In this document: positions 28,562-40,763 of the stretch, in pieces
Layout: every line of letters starts with the position of its first letter
How positions within the stretch are numbered: the stretch's first letter is position 1
Origin: Thermoanaerobaculia bacterium
Lineage (GTDB): Bacteria; Acidobacteriota; Thermoanaerobaculia; Gp7-AA8
Direction: 5' to 3'
DNA: 64,000 nucleotides
NCBI GenBank assembly: GCA_035276475.1
Contig: DATELQ010000037.1
Coordinates: 2,482-66,481 of the forward strand
The notes under the pieces: generated by a model
What the model was told of the DNA's origin: nothing
Seen by the model: only the letters and a program-made list of their open reading frames with translations
Databases searched by the model: none
Position numbers and translations under genes: made by a program

Positions 28562-30937
28562 ATGAACGCCTCCCCTCTCGAGATCGAACGCGTTCTGACG
28601 CTCATCGCCCTGGAGGCGAAGTCCTCGCTCGGCAAGGACGCGATCGCGCGGCGGCGGCCGCTACGCACGCTCGCCGAGTGCGAAGCGGCGCAGGGCGACC
28701 TCGCAGAGATGGTGCGCTTCTACCACCGCGAAGGGCTCCTCCCGCTGGCCGGCCTCACCGCCATCGCGCCGCTCTTCGCTCGCGAGACGGTGCTCGAGCT
28801 CGAGGAGTCGTGGATCGTCGTCCGCGCCGCGCGGGCCACGCAGGCCATCCGCGAGACCTTCCTCCGCAGCGACGGCTACCCGCGCCTCACCGCGCTTGCC
28901 CACGCCATCCCTGACCTCGACGAGATGCTCGGGAAGCTCAACAAGTACTTCACGCGCGACGGCAAGCTCCGCGAAGAAGCCTCGGCGGAATTGAAGGCGA
29001 TCCGCCAGCGCGTGCAGCAGAAGCGCGCCGCCATCCAGCGCGTCTTGACCGACGTCATGAACCGCAGCGCCGACGCCATCCAGGAGCCGCTCATCGTCCT
29101 CCGCGGCGACCGCTACTGCATCCCCGTCCGCGCCGATCACCGCAACGCCGTCACCGGCATCCTGCACGAGCGCTCCGGCTCCGGCGCGTCGTTCTTCATC
29201 GAGCCGATGCCGGCCATCGAGTTGAACAACGACCTCGCCGATCTCCTGATCCAGGAGCGCGAGGAGATCGCGCGCATCACCCGCTTCGTCTCGCAGGTGA
29301 TCGTCGACAACGAGAGCGACCTCCTCGCCGCCACGCGCGAATGCGGCGACTTCGACGCCTTGCAGGCCTGCGCCGTCTTCCACGACGTCGTCGGCGCCGC
29401 GCGTCCGGCCTTCAACGACGACCACGTCCTGCACATCCTGGACGGCCGCCATCCGCTCCTCGACGAGCGCCTCGCCTCCGCGCGTGCCGACGCCTTCGGC
29501 GAGCAGCCGAGCGGCCGCAACGTCGTTCCCATCACCGTGCAGCTCGACCGCGAGCGCACAGCGCTCGTCATCAGCGGCCCGAACGCTGGCGGCAAGACTG
29601 TCGCGCTGAAGACGACCGGCATCCTGGTGGCCATGGCCATGAGCGGCCTTCCGGTGCCGGCCGCGGAGGGGACGATCATCCCGATCGTCGATGCGTTCCA
29701 CGTGCTCATCGGCGACGACCAGTCGCTCCTCGAGCATCTCTCCACCTTCTCCGCATACCTCGTGCGCCTCAAGCGCGTGCTCGACAAAGCCACGGAGCGC
29801 TCGCTCGTGCTCCTCGACGAGCTAGGCTCCGGCACTGATCCCGAAGAAGGAGCGGCGCTCGCCGCAGCGGTCATCGAGCATCTGCTCCAGATCGGCGCGC
29901 TGATGATCGTGACGACGCACCTCTCCGCACTGAAGAGCTTCGCCGTGAACGACACGCACATCGTCAACGCTTCGATGGAGTTCGACTCCGCGACCGGGCA
30001 GCCGACGTACCGGATGATCACCGGCATCCCCGGCCGCAGCCGCGCCATCGACGTGGCCAAGATGATCGGCCTCCCCTCCCCGATCATCGACCGCGCCCGC
30101 GAGCGCTTGGGCGACCGCTACGGCGAGACCGACACGCTCCTCGCGCAACTGCAGAAGCGGATGTCCGAGGTCCTGGCGCAGCACGACGAAGTGGCGACGC
30201 TGCGCCGCGAGCTGGAGCGCGAGCAACGCGCCACCGCCGAGTCGCGCGAGAAATTGGAGAAGGAGCGCGCCAAGCTCGGCTCGTCGTACCGCGAAGAGCT
30301 CGAGCGCCTGCGCGACGACGTCACCCGCCAGCTCGGCGCGGAGCTCAAGCACCTCCGCGAGATCGACCGCGACGCGCGTGCCAACGTCAAGGCGCAGGAG
30401 ATCGTCAATACGCTGACGAAGCCGGTCGACCGTGCCATGGAATTCATTCCTGTTGAACAGAGAGAAGTGCACGCCGGCGACAAAGCCGAGCACCGCAAGT
30501 TCAAGGTGAAGGGCGACGTCGTCTCGGTCGACGGCGCGAAGGCCGTGCTCAACGTGAACGGACGAAAGATGCAAGTGGAGACGCGGGATCTGAGTGTCAT
30601 CCCGAGCGAAGCGAGGGACCCCCACGCCAAGCGCCGAGGGGGTGCTTCACCGTCTTCGCGGCTCAGCATGACACTTGGCGACGAGTCGACCATCGGCGCA
30701 GAGCTCAACCTCATCGGCCAGCGCGTCGACGACGCCATCGAAGCCTCCGACAAGTTCCTCGACCGGGCCCTCCTCGAAGGGAAGCAGGCCGTGCGCATCG
30801 TCCACGGCTACGGCACCGGCACGCTCCGCAAGGCCCTGCGCGACTACCTCCGCAAACACCCGGCAGTGAAGTCGTGGCGGCCGGGCAACGACAACGAAGG
30901 GGGCGACGGCGCCACCGTCGCGGTGCTGGAAGGCTGA
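28562..30937 (+). CDS. mutS2: endonuclease MutS2
   Basis: 791 aa; MutS domain III/V with Walker A GPNAGGKT; C-terminal Smr domain (VRIVHGYGTGTLRKALRDYL). Confidence 0.9.
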   Translation: MNASPLEIERVLTLIALEAKSSLGKDAIARRRPLRTLAECEAAQGDLAEMVRFYHREGLLPLAGLTAIAPLFARETVLELEESWIVVRAARATQAIRETFLRSDGYPRLTALAHAIPDLDEMLGKLNKYFTRDGKLREEASAELKAIRQRVQQKRAAIQRVLTDVMNRSADAIQEPLIVLRGDRYCIPVRADHRNAVTGILHERSGSGASFFIEPMPAIELNNDLADLLIQEREEIARITRFVSQVIVDNESDLLAATRECGDFDALQACAVFHDVVGAARPAFNDDHVLHILDGRHPLLDERLASARADAFGEQPSGRNVVPITVQLDRERTALVISGPNAGGKTVALKTTGILVAMAMSGLPVPAAEGTIIPIVDAFHVLIGDDQSLLEHLSTFSAYLVRLKRVLDKATERSLVLLDELGSGTDPEEGAALAAAVIEHLLQIGALMIVTTHLSALKSFAVNDTHIVNASMEFDSATGQPTYRMITGIPGRSRAIDVAKMIGLPSPIIDRARERLGDRYGETDTLLAQLQKRMSEVLAQHDEVATLRRELEREQRATAESREKLEKERAKLGSSYREELERLRDDVTRQLGAELKHLREIDRDARANVKAQEIVNTLTKPVDRAMEFIPVEQREVHAGDKAEHRKFKVKGDVVSVDGAKAVLNVNGRKMQVETRDLSVIPSEARDPHAKRRGGASPSSRLSMTLGDESTIGAELNLIGQRVDDAIEASDKFLDRALLEGKQAVRIVHGYGTGTLRKALRDYLRKHPAVKSWRPGNDNEGGDGATVAVLEG

Positions 30938-32688
30938 TGTCGCTGCTCGACCTCAACGACGGCGTCATCGCCCAGGTCCGCAGCGCCGCCGACATCGTCG
31001 ACTTCGTCGGCCAGGTCACGCCGCTCAAGCTCGCCGGCAAGAGCTACAAGGGCCTCTGCCCGTTCCATCGCGAGAAGACCCCGTCGTTCCACGTCGACCG
31101 CGACAAAGGGCTCTTCTACTGCTTCGGCTGCGGCACCGGCGGCGACGTCTTCAAGTTCTTGACGCTGACGGAGCGATTCACCTTCCCCGAGGCGGTGGAG
31201 TACGTGGCGGGGAGAGTCGGCATCGAGCTGCCGCGGAAGAAGCGCACCGCGCGCGAGGCCGACAAAGACGACCTCCTCGAAGTCATCGATGAGGCCTCGC
31301 TCGCCTTCCACCAAGCCCTCGGGTTTCCCGACAACGCCGCGGTGCGTTACCTGCGCGAGCGCCGCGTGCCGAAGGAGATCATCGACAAGTACGGCTTCGG
31401 CTACGCGCCCGACTCATGGGACTACATCGTCACGCGCCTGGCGCGGAAGTTCGGGGAGAAGAAGCTCGAGCTCGCGGGCCTCGTCACGCCGCGCAAGAGC
31501 GGCAGCGGCTACTACGACCGCTTCCGCAACCGCCTCATGATCCCGATCCACAGCGAGACCGGCGCGCTCGTCGGCTTCGGCGGCCGCTCGCTCGACGGCA
31601 GCGATCCGAAGTACCTCAACTCCCCCGACTCCGATCTCTTCAACAAATCGCGCATCCTCTACAACCTTCACCGCTCCAAGGACGCCATGCGCCGGTCAAA
31701 TATCGACCGCGCCATCCTCGTCGAGGGCTACTTCGACGCCATCGCCATCGACCATGCCGGCGTCCCCGGCGTCGTGGCCTCGATGGGGACGTCGCTCACG
31801 AGCGGACAGGCCTCGCTCCTGCGCCGCTACACCACGCGCGTCGTCATCGCCTACGACGGCGACGACGCCGGCCGCAGCGCCACGCTGCGCGCCGCGCCGG
31901 TGCTGCTGTCGGCCGGCCTCACCGTCTCCGCGCTCGATCTGCAGGGCGAGAAAGACCCCGACACGCTCGTGCAAAAGTACGGCGTCGACCGCTTCCTCGA
32001 GCTCCTCGGCAACGCCACCGACATCTTCGACTTCGCGCTGAAGGAATGGGCGGGCGACGTCGGCAAGCTCACCGGCCGCGAGAAGTCGGAGCGCATCGAA
32101 GGCTTCGTCCCGCTCCTGGGCGCCGTCACCGATCCGGTCGTGCGCAACGACGCCGCGCAGCGCATCGCCGACGCCTTCCGCCTCGAGTTCGAGACCGTCT
32201 GGTCACGCGTCTCCTCCGGTCGGGGCGCACGGCGCGCGCCCGTCGAGCCGGCGCCGCGGATGCCCGGCGCAACCGCCGAGAAGACTCTCCTCGCCCTGGC
32301 GCTGCAGGGGAAACTATCAGGGTCAGTGGTGGGGAGGCTGCGGGAGGAGCTCTTCGTAGAGCCGGCGTGCAAAACGATCTTTTCTATCATAAAAAGTGAC
32401 GTCCAGGCCGGGAATCCTATTGACTTTGCGGAAATCGCAACCCAGCTTAGGGGCGAGGCCGAGCTAACCCTGTTTTCCGAGCTGAGCCTTACCGAAGAAG
32501 TCGACGACGCTGTCCTCGGCCGTCTGGAAGAAAGCCTTCAGCCCTTGGAGCGCCGCTACATCGACAACCGCCTGTTACAGATCCAGCGCGACATCCATGA
32601 CGCCGAAAAGCGCGGCGATGACAACAGTGTGCGCAACCTCTTCGTCGAGAAGCAGGCCCTCACTCGTATGTTGAACACGATGAAATAA
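30937..32688 (+). CDS. dnaG: DNA primase
   Basis: Start at [10 protein letters not shown]; zinc-ribbon [13 protein letters not shown]...CFGCG, Toprim domain ([20 protein letters not shown]). Confidence 0.9.
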   Translation: MSLLDLNDGVIAQVRSAADIVDFVGQVTPLKLAGKSYKGLCPFHREKTPSFHVDRDKGLFYCFGCGTGGDVFKFLTLTERFTFPEAVEYVAGRVGIELPRKKRTAREADKDDLLEVIDEASLAFHQALGFPDNAAVRYLRERRVPKEIIDKYGFGYAPDSWDYIVTRLARKFGEKKLELAGLVTPRKSGSGYYDRFRNRLMIPIHSETGALVGFGGRSLDGSDPKYLNSPDSDLFNKSRILYNLHRSKDAMRRSNIDRAILVEGYFDAIAIDHAGVPGVVASMGTSLTSGQASLLRRYTTRVVIAYDGDDAGRSATLRAAPVLLSAGLTVSALDLQGEKDPDTLVQKYGVDRFLELLGNATDIFDFALKEWAGDVGKLTGREKSERIEGFVPLLGAVTDPVVRNDAAQRIADAFRLEFETVWSRVSSGRGARRAPVEPAPRMPGATAEKTLLALALQGKLSGSVVGRLREELFVEPACKTIFSIIKSDVQAGNPIDFAEIATQLRGEAELTLFSELSLTEEVDDAVLGRLEESLQPLERRYIDNRLLQIQRDIHDAEKRGDDNSVRNLFVEKQALTRMLNTMK

Positions 32689-32771
32689 TTATCGGGCCTA
32701 CCCGATTACGTGAGTGTCCTCCGCGGGAAGCGATTTTTCCTCCGCAACGGACGCTTCGAGGAGCGAAACGA

Positions 32772-34584
<1,813 letters not shown>

Positions 34585-34598
<14 letters not shown>

Positions 34599-35247
34599 CA
34601 AGGGCGGCCTCGCGGCCGCCCTTCTGCTTTTTGCGTTGCCGCTCGTCGCCGCGCAGCCCTATCACCTCCAGCTCGAAGCGAATCCCGCCGCGCCGTTCCC
34701 GTTTCTCGGCAAGTTCGGCACGGTGACGATCGACGTCTACCCCGGCGGCGTGCGCGCGGAGACGCTGCTGATGAACGGCTTCTCCCGCAACGGCGCGGCG
34801 GCGATCACGGTCGAGAATCCGCTGACGAGGATCGCCTCGAACGAGCCGCTGGCCGGCATCGCGGCGACGCTGCAGAAGCTCGGCCGCGTCGACGTCGACA
34901 CGTCGGCCGTGCCGTCGCGCGCGCCCGACGTCGCCGGCAAAGTCGGCGGCATCACCGCGACGCGCCACCGCCTCGTCTACGGACCGACGGCGTGGATCGA
35001 CGTCTGGACGACGACGGCCATCCCGGAGAACCCGCAGTTCCGCGCCGTCGCCATGGAGATCGTGCGCGGCCTCGCGCCCGGCACGGCCGCAGCGATGCGC
35101 ACGATCCCCGGCACGCCGCTCTACGTCGAGCTGAACTTCCGCCGCTACAAAAACGTCGCGCTGCTGCGCCTCAAGAGCTTCGTGCCGAACAATGAGGGCG
35201 AAGAGTCCGCGCTCAAAGTTGGACGGCTATACTTTTTCGCGCCGTGA
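34585..35247 (+). CDS. secreted hypothetical protein
   Basis: 220 aa; signal peptide [24 protein letters not shown]; start overlaps rpoD end by 14 nt. Confidence 0.45.
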
Positions 35248-35591
35248 AGCCGCTCGACCGCGTGCGCAAGATCTGCCTCTCGCTTCCGGGCGCGACGGAG
35301 AAGCTCGCCTGGGGCGAGCCGACGTGGCGCGCCGGCAAGATGTTCGCGATGATGTCGACCTACCACCACGGCGATCCGCACCTCTCCGTTCTGCTGAACG
35401 CAGAGGAAGGCGTGCAGGAATCGCTCGTCTCCGCCGACCCGAAGCACTTCTTCCGCCCGCCATACGTCGGCCCGGCCGGCTGGATCGGCGTGCGGTTGGA
35501 CACGGGACTCGCCTGGGGCGTGGTCGAGTCCCTGATCAAGGCGGCGTGGAAGGTGACGGCGCCGAAGCGGCTACAGACTCGCGCGCAGTGA
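35244..35591 (+). CDS. MmcQ/YjbR family DNA-binding protein
   Basis: 115 aa; LDRVRKICLSLPGATEKLAWGEPTWRAGKMFAMMS matches YjbR family N-terminus; ATGA overlap upstream. Confidence 0.7.
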   Translation: MKPLDRVRKICLSLPGATEKLAWGEPTWRAGKMFAMMSTYHHGDPHLSVLLNAEEGVQESLVSADPKHFFRPPYVGPAGWIGVRLDTGLAWGVVESLIKAAWKVTAPKRLQTRAQ

Positions 35592-35595
35592 CGCG

Positions 35596-37566
35596 TCAGC
35601 GCGATTCCGCCGTCGTTCCCTCGTACTTTTTCCACTGCTCCGTACGCCCGCCGAGGTGCTTGGCGAGAAAGGCCTCCACCCGGGCGTAGAAGTCGAGGGC
35701 GTTCTCGGGGCGGTCGAGCCCGTGCCCCTCGTCGGGGTAGACGATGTACTCCACCTCGCGCTGATTCTCGCGGAGCGCCTTCACCATCGCGTCGGCGTTG
35801 GCGATCGTCACGCGCACGTCGTTGGCGCCCTGCGCGATCAAGAGCGGCGCGCGGATGTCGCCGGCGTGGTAGAGCGGCGAGATGGCGCGGTTCAAGGCCT
35901 CGTCGTGCTCGACGTCGCCGACGCGCCGCCGCCAGCGGAGCATGATCCCCGACCAGTACGTCGGGAAGCTGCGGAAGAGCGTGGCCACGTCCGCCGGCCC
36001 GACCATGTCGACGCCGCAGGCGAAGAGATCCGGCCGCTGCGACAGCGCGCGCAGCGTCGCATAGCCGCCGCCCGAGCCCCCCATCGCCGCGATGCGCTTC
36101 GGATCGGCGATCCCCTGCGCGACCGCCCACTTCACGGCGTCGTACAAATCCTCCTGCGTTCCGCGGCCCCACTGGTTCGTGGAGGCGTTGAGGTACTTCA
36201 GACCCAGGCCGGTCGAGCCGCGATAGTTGACCTGCAGCACGGCGTAGCCGCGGTTGGCGAGGAACTGGATCTCCGCCTCGTAGTCGGCCGTGTCGCGGTA
36301 CCAGGGGCCGCCGTGGATCATGAGGATGAGCGGAAGGTTCTTCGCCTCCACGCCGGGTGGGATCGTCAGGTAGCTGACCATCTGCAGCCCGTCGCGGGCC
36401 GGAATGATCACCGGCTTCTTCGCCGCCAACTGGTAGCCATCGAGCGCCGGGTAGTCTTTGAAGAGCGGCGTGAGGCGCCGCGTGCGGCGGTCGAACGTGT
36501 AGTACGACGGCGGCAGGTCGCTGCGCTCGGCGAGGATGATCCAGGTCTTGTCGTCGCGGTCGCGGCTCAAGAGAGTCAGGAACGCCGGCACCTCTTTCTC
36601 GATCCGCGCGAAGTCGGCCTTCATGGCCGGATCGAGGAAAACCCAGTGCGGCGTCGTGTAGTTGAAGCGCACCGCCTGCAGCGCGTGCGTGAGCGGATGG
36701 CGGATGACGGCGAGGGCGCCGTCGGAGTCGACGTCGGAATCGGGATCCTGGGCGATCACGCCGAGCTCCTTGCCGGTGGCGGCGTCGATGCGCACGAGCC
36801 GTCCCTTGTCGGAGTGCATCGCGGAGTGGACCATCAGCACCTTGCCGCCCGGCTCGAAGCCGGCGATCAGGGACCCGTTGACGACCTGCCCGTCGAAGAG
36901 GGCCTGTTCGAACGGCATGGTCACGAGGTCGCGCCACGGCGCGGCCGCGCTGTCGCGCACGCGGATGATCGTCTGTCCCTTCGCGTCGAAGGCCGTGGCG
37001 GCGCGGACGACGAAGTCCTCGTCCGTCGTCCAGGTCAGCACGTCGCCGGGGTTCTTCGCCGCGAGGGTGAGGGCGCCGCTCCGGAGATCGACGCGGTACA
37101 TGTCGAAGCGCTGCCGGTCGCGCAGGTTGAGGGCCACGAGGACGATGTGCGGGTGCGCGAGGTCGACCTTGAGGTTCTGCGCCTTCACGCCGCGGAACGG
37201 CGTGAGGTCGCGCACGTTGCCGTCGGCGAGGTCGGCGGCGTAGAGGTGGTTGACCTCGTCCCCTCCGCGGTTTTGCAGATAGAGCAGATGCTGCCCGTCG
37301 GCGGCCCAGCGATAGAAGTAGAGCGGTCGCTCGCGCTCCGTGGTCAGGAGCCGCGGCTTCTCCGCGCCGCTCGTCGGCTGGACCCAGACGTTCAATACGC
37401 CGTGGTCGTCGGGCGCGAGCCAGGCGATGCGCTTGCCGTCCGGCGAGAGCTGCGGCGTGGAGCGCTCGGGATTGCCGAACAGCAGCTCCCGCGGAATGAG
37501 CCGCGGCAGGTCGGCAGCGAGCGTGGTGGCAGAGAGGAGAGAGAGGAGAAGAGCCAGGCGTCGCAT
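35596..37566 (-). CDS. S9 family serine peptidase (acylaminoacyl/dipeptidyl peptidase type), secreted
   Basis: 656 aa; signal peptide; propeller; GGSGGGYATL nucleophile motif; C-terminal D...H. Confidence 0.85.
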   Translation of the reverse strand: MRRLALLLSLLSATTLAADLPRLIPRELLFGNPERSTPQLSPDGKRIAWLAPDDHGVLNVWVQPTSGAEKPRLLTTERERPLYFYRWAADGQHLLYLQNRGGDEVNHLYAADLADGNVRDLTPFRGVKAQNLKVDLAHPHIVLVALNLRDRQRFDMYRVDLRSGALTLAAKNPGDVLTWTTDEDFVVRAATAFDAKGQTIIRVRDSAAAPWRDLVTMPFEQALFDGQVVNGSLIAGFEPGGKVLMVHSAMHSDKGRLVRIDAATGKELGVIAQDPDSDVDSDGALAVIRHPLTHALQAVRFNYTTPHWVFLDPAMKADFARIEKEVPAFLTLLSRDRDDKTWIILAERSDLPPSYYTFDRRTRRLTPLFKDYPALDGYQLAAKKPVIIPARDGLQMVSYLTIPPGVEAKNLPLILMIHGGPWYRDTADYEAEIQFLANRGYAVLQVNYRGSTGLGLKYLNASTNQWGRGTQEDLYDAVKWAVAQGIADPKRIAAMGGSGGGYATLRALSQRPDLFACGVDMVGPADVATLFRSFPTYWSGIMLRWRRRVGDVEHDEALNRAISPLYHAGDIRAPLLIAQGANDVRVTIANADAMVKALRENQREVEYIVYPDEGHGLDRPENALDFYARVEAFLAKHLGGRTEQWKKYEGTTAESR

Positions 37567-37618
37567 GCAGAAAGTTTACGGCGGGGTGGAGGGGGCGGCA
37601 GGTGAACATCCGTCGACG

Positions 37619-37996
37619 TCACATCCCCGGCTCGAACGGCGCGGCGATCGCCAGCAGCGGCAGCAAGACGCAAGGCGTGATCGCCGCGATCAGCATCTGC
37701 TGCCGAAGCGGGCGGCGGCGCACGAACGGCATTGCCCAAACGAGTGCGGTGATGACGGAGCCGATGATCATCCAAAGCAAAAGGATGAAGGCGACGACCG
37801 CCGCCATCGAATGCGTATGCCCTTTCGGGATGTAGTTCCAGACGGCGTAGAACAGGTCGACTTCGAATTGAGAAAAGAACGGGCGAACGCCGTGGTATGC
37901 GCCGTAGAACGCATAAAAAACACGCGGGATCGTGCCCGCGACGCCGAAGACCGCGGAGCCGGTGGCAACGGCGGCCGCGTAGTCACGCGCAGTCAC
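37619..37996 (-). CDS. small integral membrane protein of unknown function
   Basis: 125 aa, GTG start 1 nt after sensor-kinase stop; 3-4 predicted TM helices. Confidence 0.5.
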   Translation of the reverse strand: MTARDYAAAVATGSAVFGVAGTIPRVFYAFYGAYHGVRPFFSQFEVDLFYAVWNYIPKGHTHSMAAVVAFILLLWMIIGSVITALVWAMPFVRRRPLRQQMLIAAITPCVLLPLLAIAAPFEPGM

Positions 37997-37997
37997 C

Positions 37998-40763
37998 CTA
38001 CGCCGCCGCCTGCACCGCCGTCATCGTCTGCCGGTCGAGATCCGCGAGCAACGCGCCGGCGTCGGCGTAGCGGTCCTTGGGATTCTTGGCCAGGCAGCGC
38101 ATCACCATGGCGTCGACGGCGCGGCCGACGTCCGGGCGCACCTCGACGAGCGGCTTCGGCGTCTCGGTGATGTGCGCGGTCAGCACGCCCGTCAGCGATG
38201 ACGACGTGAACGGCTTCACCCCGCCGAGGATCTCGTAGAGCATCACCCCCATCGAGTAGACGTCGCTGCGCGCGTCGAGCTGCTGGCCCTGCACCTGCTC
38301 GGGGCTCATGTAGTGCGGCGTCCCCACGATTAGCCCCGCCTGGGTCATCCCTTCCTTCGCCTCGGCCATGCGCGCGATGCCGAAGTCCATCAGCTTCACT
38401 TCGCCCTTGTGGTCGATCAGCACGTTCTGCGGCTTGATGTCGCGGTGGATGATCCCCTGCTCGTGCGCGGCCTGCAGCCCGCGGCAGATCTGGCGCGACA
38501 GGCCCATGGCCGCGCGCGCGGCCATGCGGTGGTCGGGCGCCTCCTCGAGCAGCTCGGCGAGCGTGTAGCCGCGCACGTACTCCATGGAGATGAAGTAGAC
38601 GCCGTCAGCCTCGCCGTAGTCGTACGTGCGGAGCACGTTGCGGTGCGTGATCTTGCGCGCCAGGCGGATCTCGCGCTTGAAGCGCTCCAAATCCTCGGGG
38701 GACTTTTGCATCACGTCGCCGGGCAGCGTCTTGATCGCCACGGTCTCGTCGAGCTGCGTGTCGATGGCGCGGTAAACGACACCCATGCCGCCGCGCCCGA
38801 GGATCTGCTCGATGCGGTAGCGGTTCGCGAAGAACTGGCCTGCCGTCAACTCCGCGAGGGCGCCGGCGGGCGCGGTCTGCCCCGGCACGGTCGAATCGAC
38901 GCGCATCGTAGCCATCGAGCTCGTCGTCTGCCCGAGCGTGCGCATCATCGTCGAGCCGAGATTCGCCAGCGGCACCGCCGCGACGGGGAGCGGCTGCGGC
39001 AGCCACCGCAGCGCCACCTGCTCGTGCGTCGACGACGACAGGATCTCATTCCCCGCCGCCTGCGCCGTCTCGTACGAGATGTACGCGTAGCCGGTCGGCG
39101 CGTGCCATGCGAAGACTTCCGCGAGCAGCGGCGCGTTGCCGACGACCGCGAGACCGCTCTCCTGCTGTAGGTCGACCGAGCCGGTCACGAACTCGCCCGT
39201 GGCGATGCCGACGCCGATCTGCATCGTGTTGCCGTTGCCCTGCGCCACCAGCTCCTCGTTGATCGCGCGCGCGGCGCGGATGGCGTGGATGATGCCGCGC
39301 TCGCCGCGGAAGACGCTGACGAGGCGATGCCCTTTGATCTCGCGGACGACGCCGTCCTGGCGGTCCACTTCCGCTTCCTGCAGCTTCATGACGCGGGCGA
39401 CGTCGGCGATGACGTTGGCGGCGTCGCCGCCGCCGACCGTCGGCGGCAGTCCGCGCAGGTCGGTGACGAGCACCGTCCCCTCTTCGAGCTTGGCCGGCTC
39501 GCTCTTGCGGATGGCCTCGCGCTCCTCCGACCGCGCCGCCATCTGCTCGTACAGCTCCTCGAGCTCGGCCTTGTCGCGCAGCGACGTGATCATCTTCGCG
39601 AACGAACGCCCGAGGATGCCGACTTCGTCCTGGCGGTCGATGGCGGGGTGGACGTCGTAGTCGCCGTGCGTGACGGCTTGCGCGACGCCGGCCAGCTCTT
39701 CGATCGGCCGCGTGATGCGCTTGGCGATGAACCAGGAGAGGATGAAGGCGAGCAGCACCGCCACTCCGCCGCCGAGGAGGAGCGCCTTCTGGATCTCGCG
39801 GAACGGCGCGAGCTCGACGTCGAGCGAGCGGAGGAACACCGCGGCGCCGACGGTCTTGTTGCCCGAGGTCATCGGCTCGCCGGTCATGACGTACTGCGAG
39901 CGGTCGATCGTCACGGTTTTCGGCGGCATCTGCTTGCCGGTTCGGAAGATATCCTCGACGCCGGTCATCTGCTGCATGGTGAATTGAGGGGCGTTCTTGG
40001 AGCGGCCGGGCAAGCCGGCCTGCGAGACAAAGACCACGCCGGCGTTCGTCACGTTGGCAATCTTGTTGGCGAAGAGATCGTCGATGGCGACGCCGTTGAC
40101 GAAGTAGCCAATGCGCACGTTGTTCACGCCGAGGACCAGTGGCGCGACTGCGACGTGATAGAGATGATTGCCATCGGCCAGCACACCGGTGACCGCCGGA
40201 AGCGTGGCGTCGTCGACGATCTGCTTCACCAACGCCGATTCAGAGGCCATGTTCTCGTTCGGCGCTTGCGTCAGTGTCGGGCGATCGGTGCGCCCCATCA
40301 GATTGCCCTGCTCGTCGAGCAGCATCATCAGATCGGTACCGAGGGCTTCTTTTCGTTGCGTGAGCTGATCGGCGATGTCGAGATAGTTGATCGCAGGCGG
40401 CGCCGTCGGATTGGCCGGATCGGACGTCGGGTGAATGGCGTTCTGCAGGTAGGGGACGACGTTCGGATCATTCCCAAGCAGCCGCGTCGTGAGAGACAGC
40501 CGGGACAGCCGCTGTCTTTCGAATTCGCCGAACAACTGCGCCGCGCTCGAGATCGACTTATCCGCCGTCGCATGCGCGATCACCTGCGCGCGCTGCAGCG
40601 TCAGCCCCACCGCCACCGCCACGACGATGGCGATCAAGAGCGCGGTGAGAAAGAAAATCTTCCAGACCAGCGGGAACCGCGCCTTCTCCACCGCCATCTG
40701 CCGCGGCGTGACCGCGGGCATCGTTCCCGGCGTGACCGTGGTGTCGAGCGTCTGCGCGGTCAC
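37998..40763 (-). CDS. membrane sensor protein: TM / periplasmic domain / TM / HAMP / degenerate class-III cyclase-homology domain / C-terminal Ser/Thr protein kinase
   Basis: 921 aa; TM at about 35-57 and 335-357; HAMP (AKRITRPIEELAGVAQAVTHGDYDV); CHD-like block (GTVLVTDLRGL ... MQIGVGIATGEFVTGSVD ... AVVGNAPLLAEV) lacking the second metal Asp; kinase with GRGGMGVVY, AIK, HRDIKPQN, DFG, SPE. Confidence 0.8.
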   Translation of the reverse strand: MTAQTLDTTVTPGTMPAVTPRQMAVEKARFPLVWKIFFLTALLIAIVVAVAVGLTLQRAQVIAHATADKSISSAAQLFGEFERQRLSRLSLTTRLLGNDPNVVPYLQNAIHPTSDPANPTAPPAINYLDIADQLTQRKEALGTDLMMLLDEQGNLMGRTDRPTLTQAPNENMASESALVKQIVDDATLPAVTGVLADGNHLYHVAVAPLVLGVNNVRIGYFVNGVAIDDLFANKIANVTNAGVVFVSQAGLPGRSKNAPQFTMQQMTGVEDIFRTGKQMPPKTVTIDRSQYVMTGEPMTSGNKTVGAAVFLRSLDVELAPFREIQKALLLGGGVAVLLAFILSWFIAKRITRPIEELAGVAQAVTHGDYDVHPAIDRQDEVGILGRSFAKMITSLRDKAELEELYEQMAARSEEREAIRKSEPAKLEEGTVLVTDLRGLPPTVGGGDAANVIADVARVMKLQEAEVDRQDGVVREIKGHRLVSVFRGERGIIHAIRAARAINEELVAQGNGNTMQIGVGIATGEFVTGSVDLQQESGLAVVGNAPLLAEVFAWHAPTGYAYISYETAQAAGNEILSSSTHEQVALRWLPQPLPVAAVPLANLGSTMMRTLGQTTSSMATMRVDSTVPGQTAPAGALAELTAGQFFANRYRIEQILGRGGMGVVYRAIDTQLDETVAIKTLPGDVMQKSPEDLERFKREIRLARKITHRNVLRTYDYGEADGVYFISMEYVRGYTLAELLEEAPDHRMAARAAMGLSRQICRGLQAAHEQGIIHRDIKPQNVLIDHKGEVKLMDFGIARMAEAKEGMTQAGLIVGTPHYMSPEQVQGQQLDARSDVYSMGVMLYEILGGVKPFTSSSLTGVLTAHITETPKPLVEVRPDVGRAVDAMVMRCLAKNPKDRYADAGALLADLDRQTMTAVQAAA

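Noticed and set aside
37998-40763. Active adenylate/guanylate cyclase output for the sensor kinase
   Set aside because: The second metal-binding Asp and downstream catalytic residues of class-III cyclases appear substituted. The domain is kept as cyclase-homology only.
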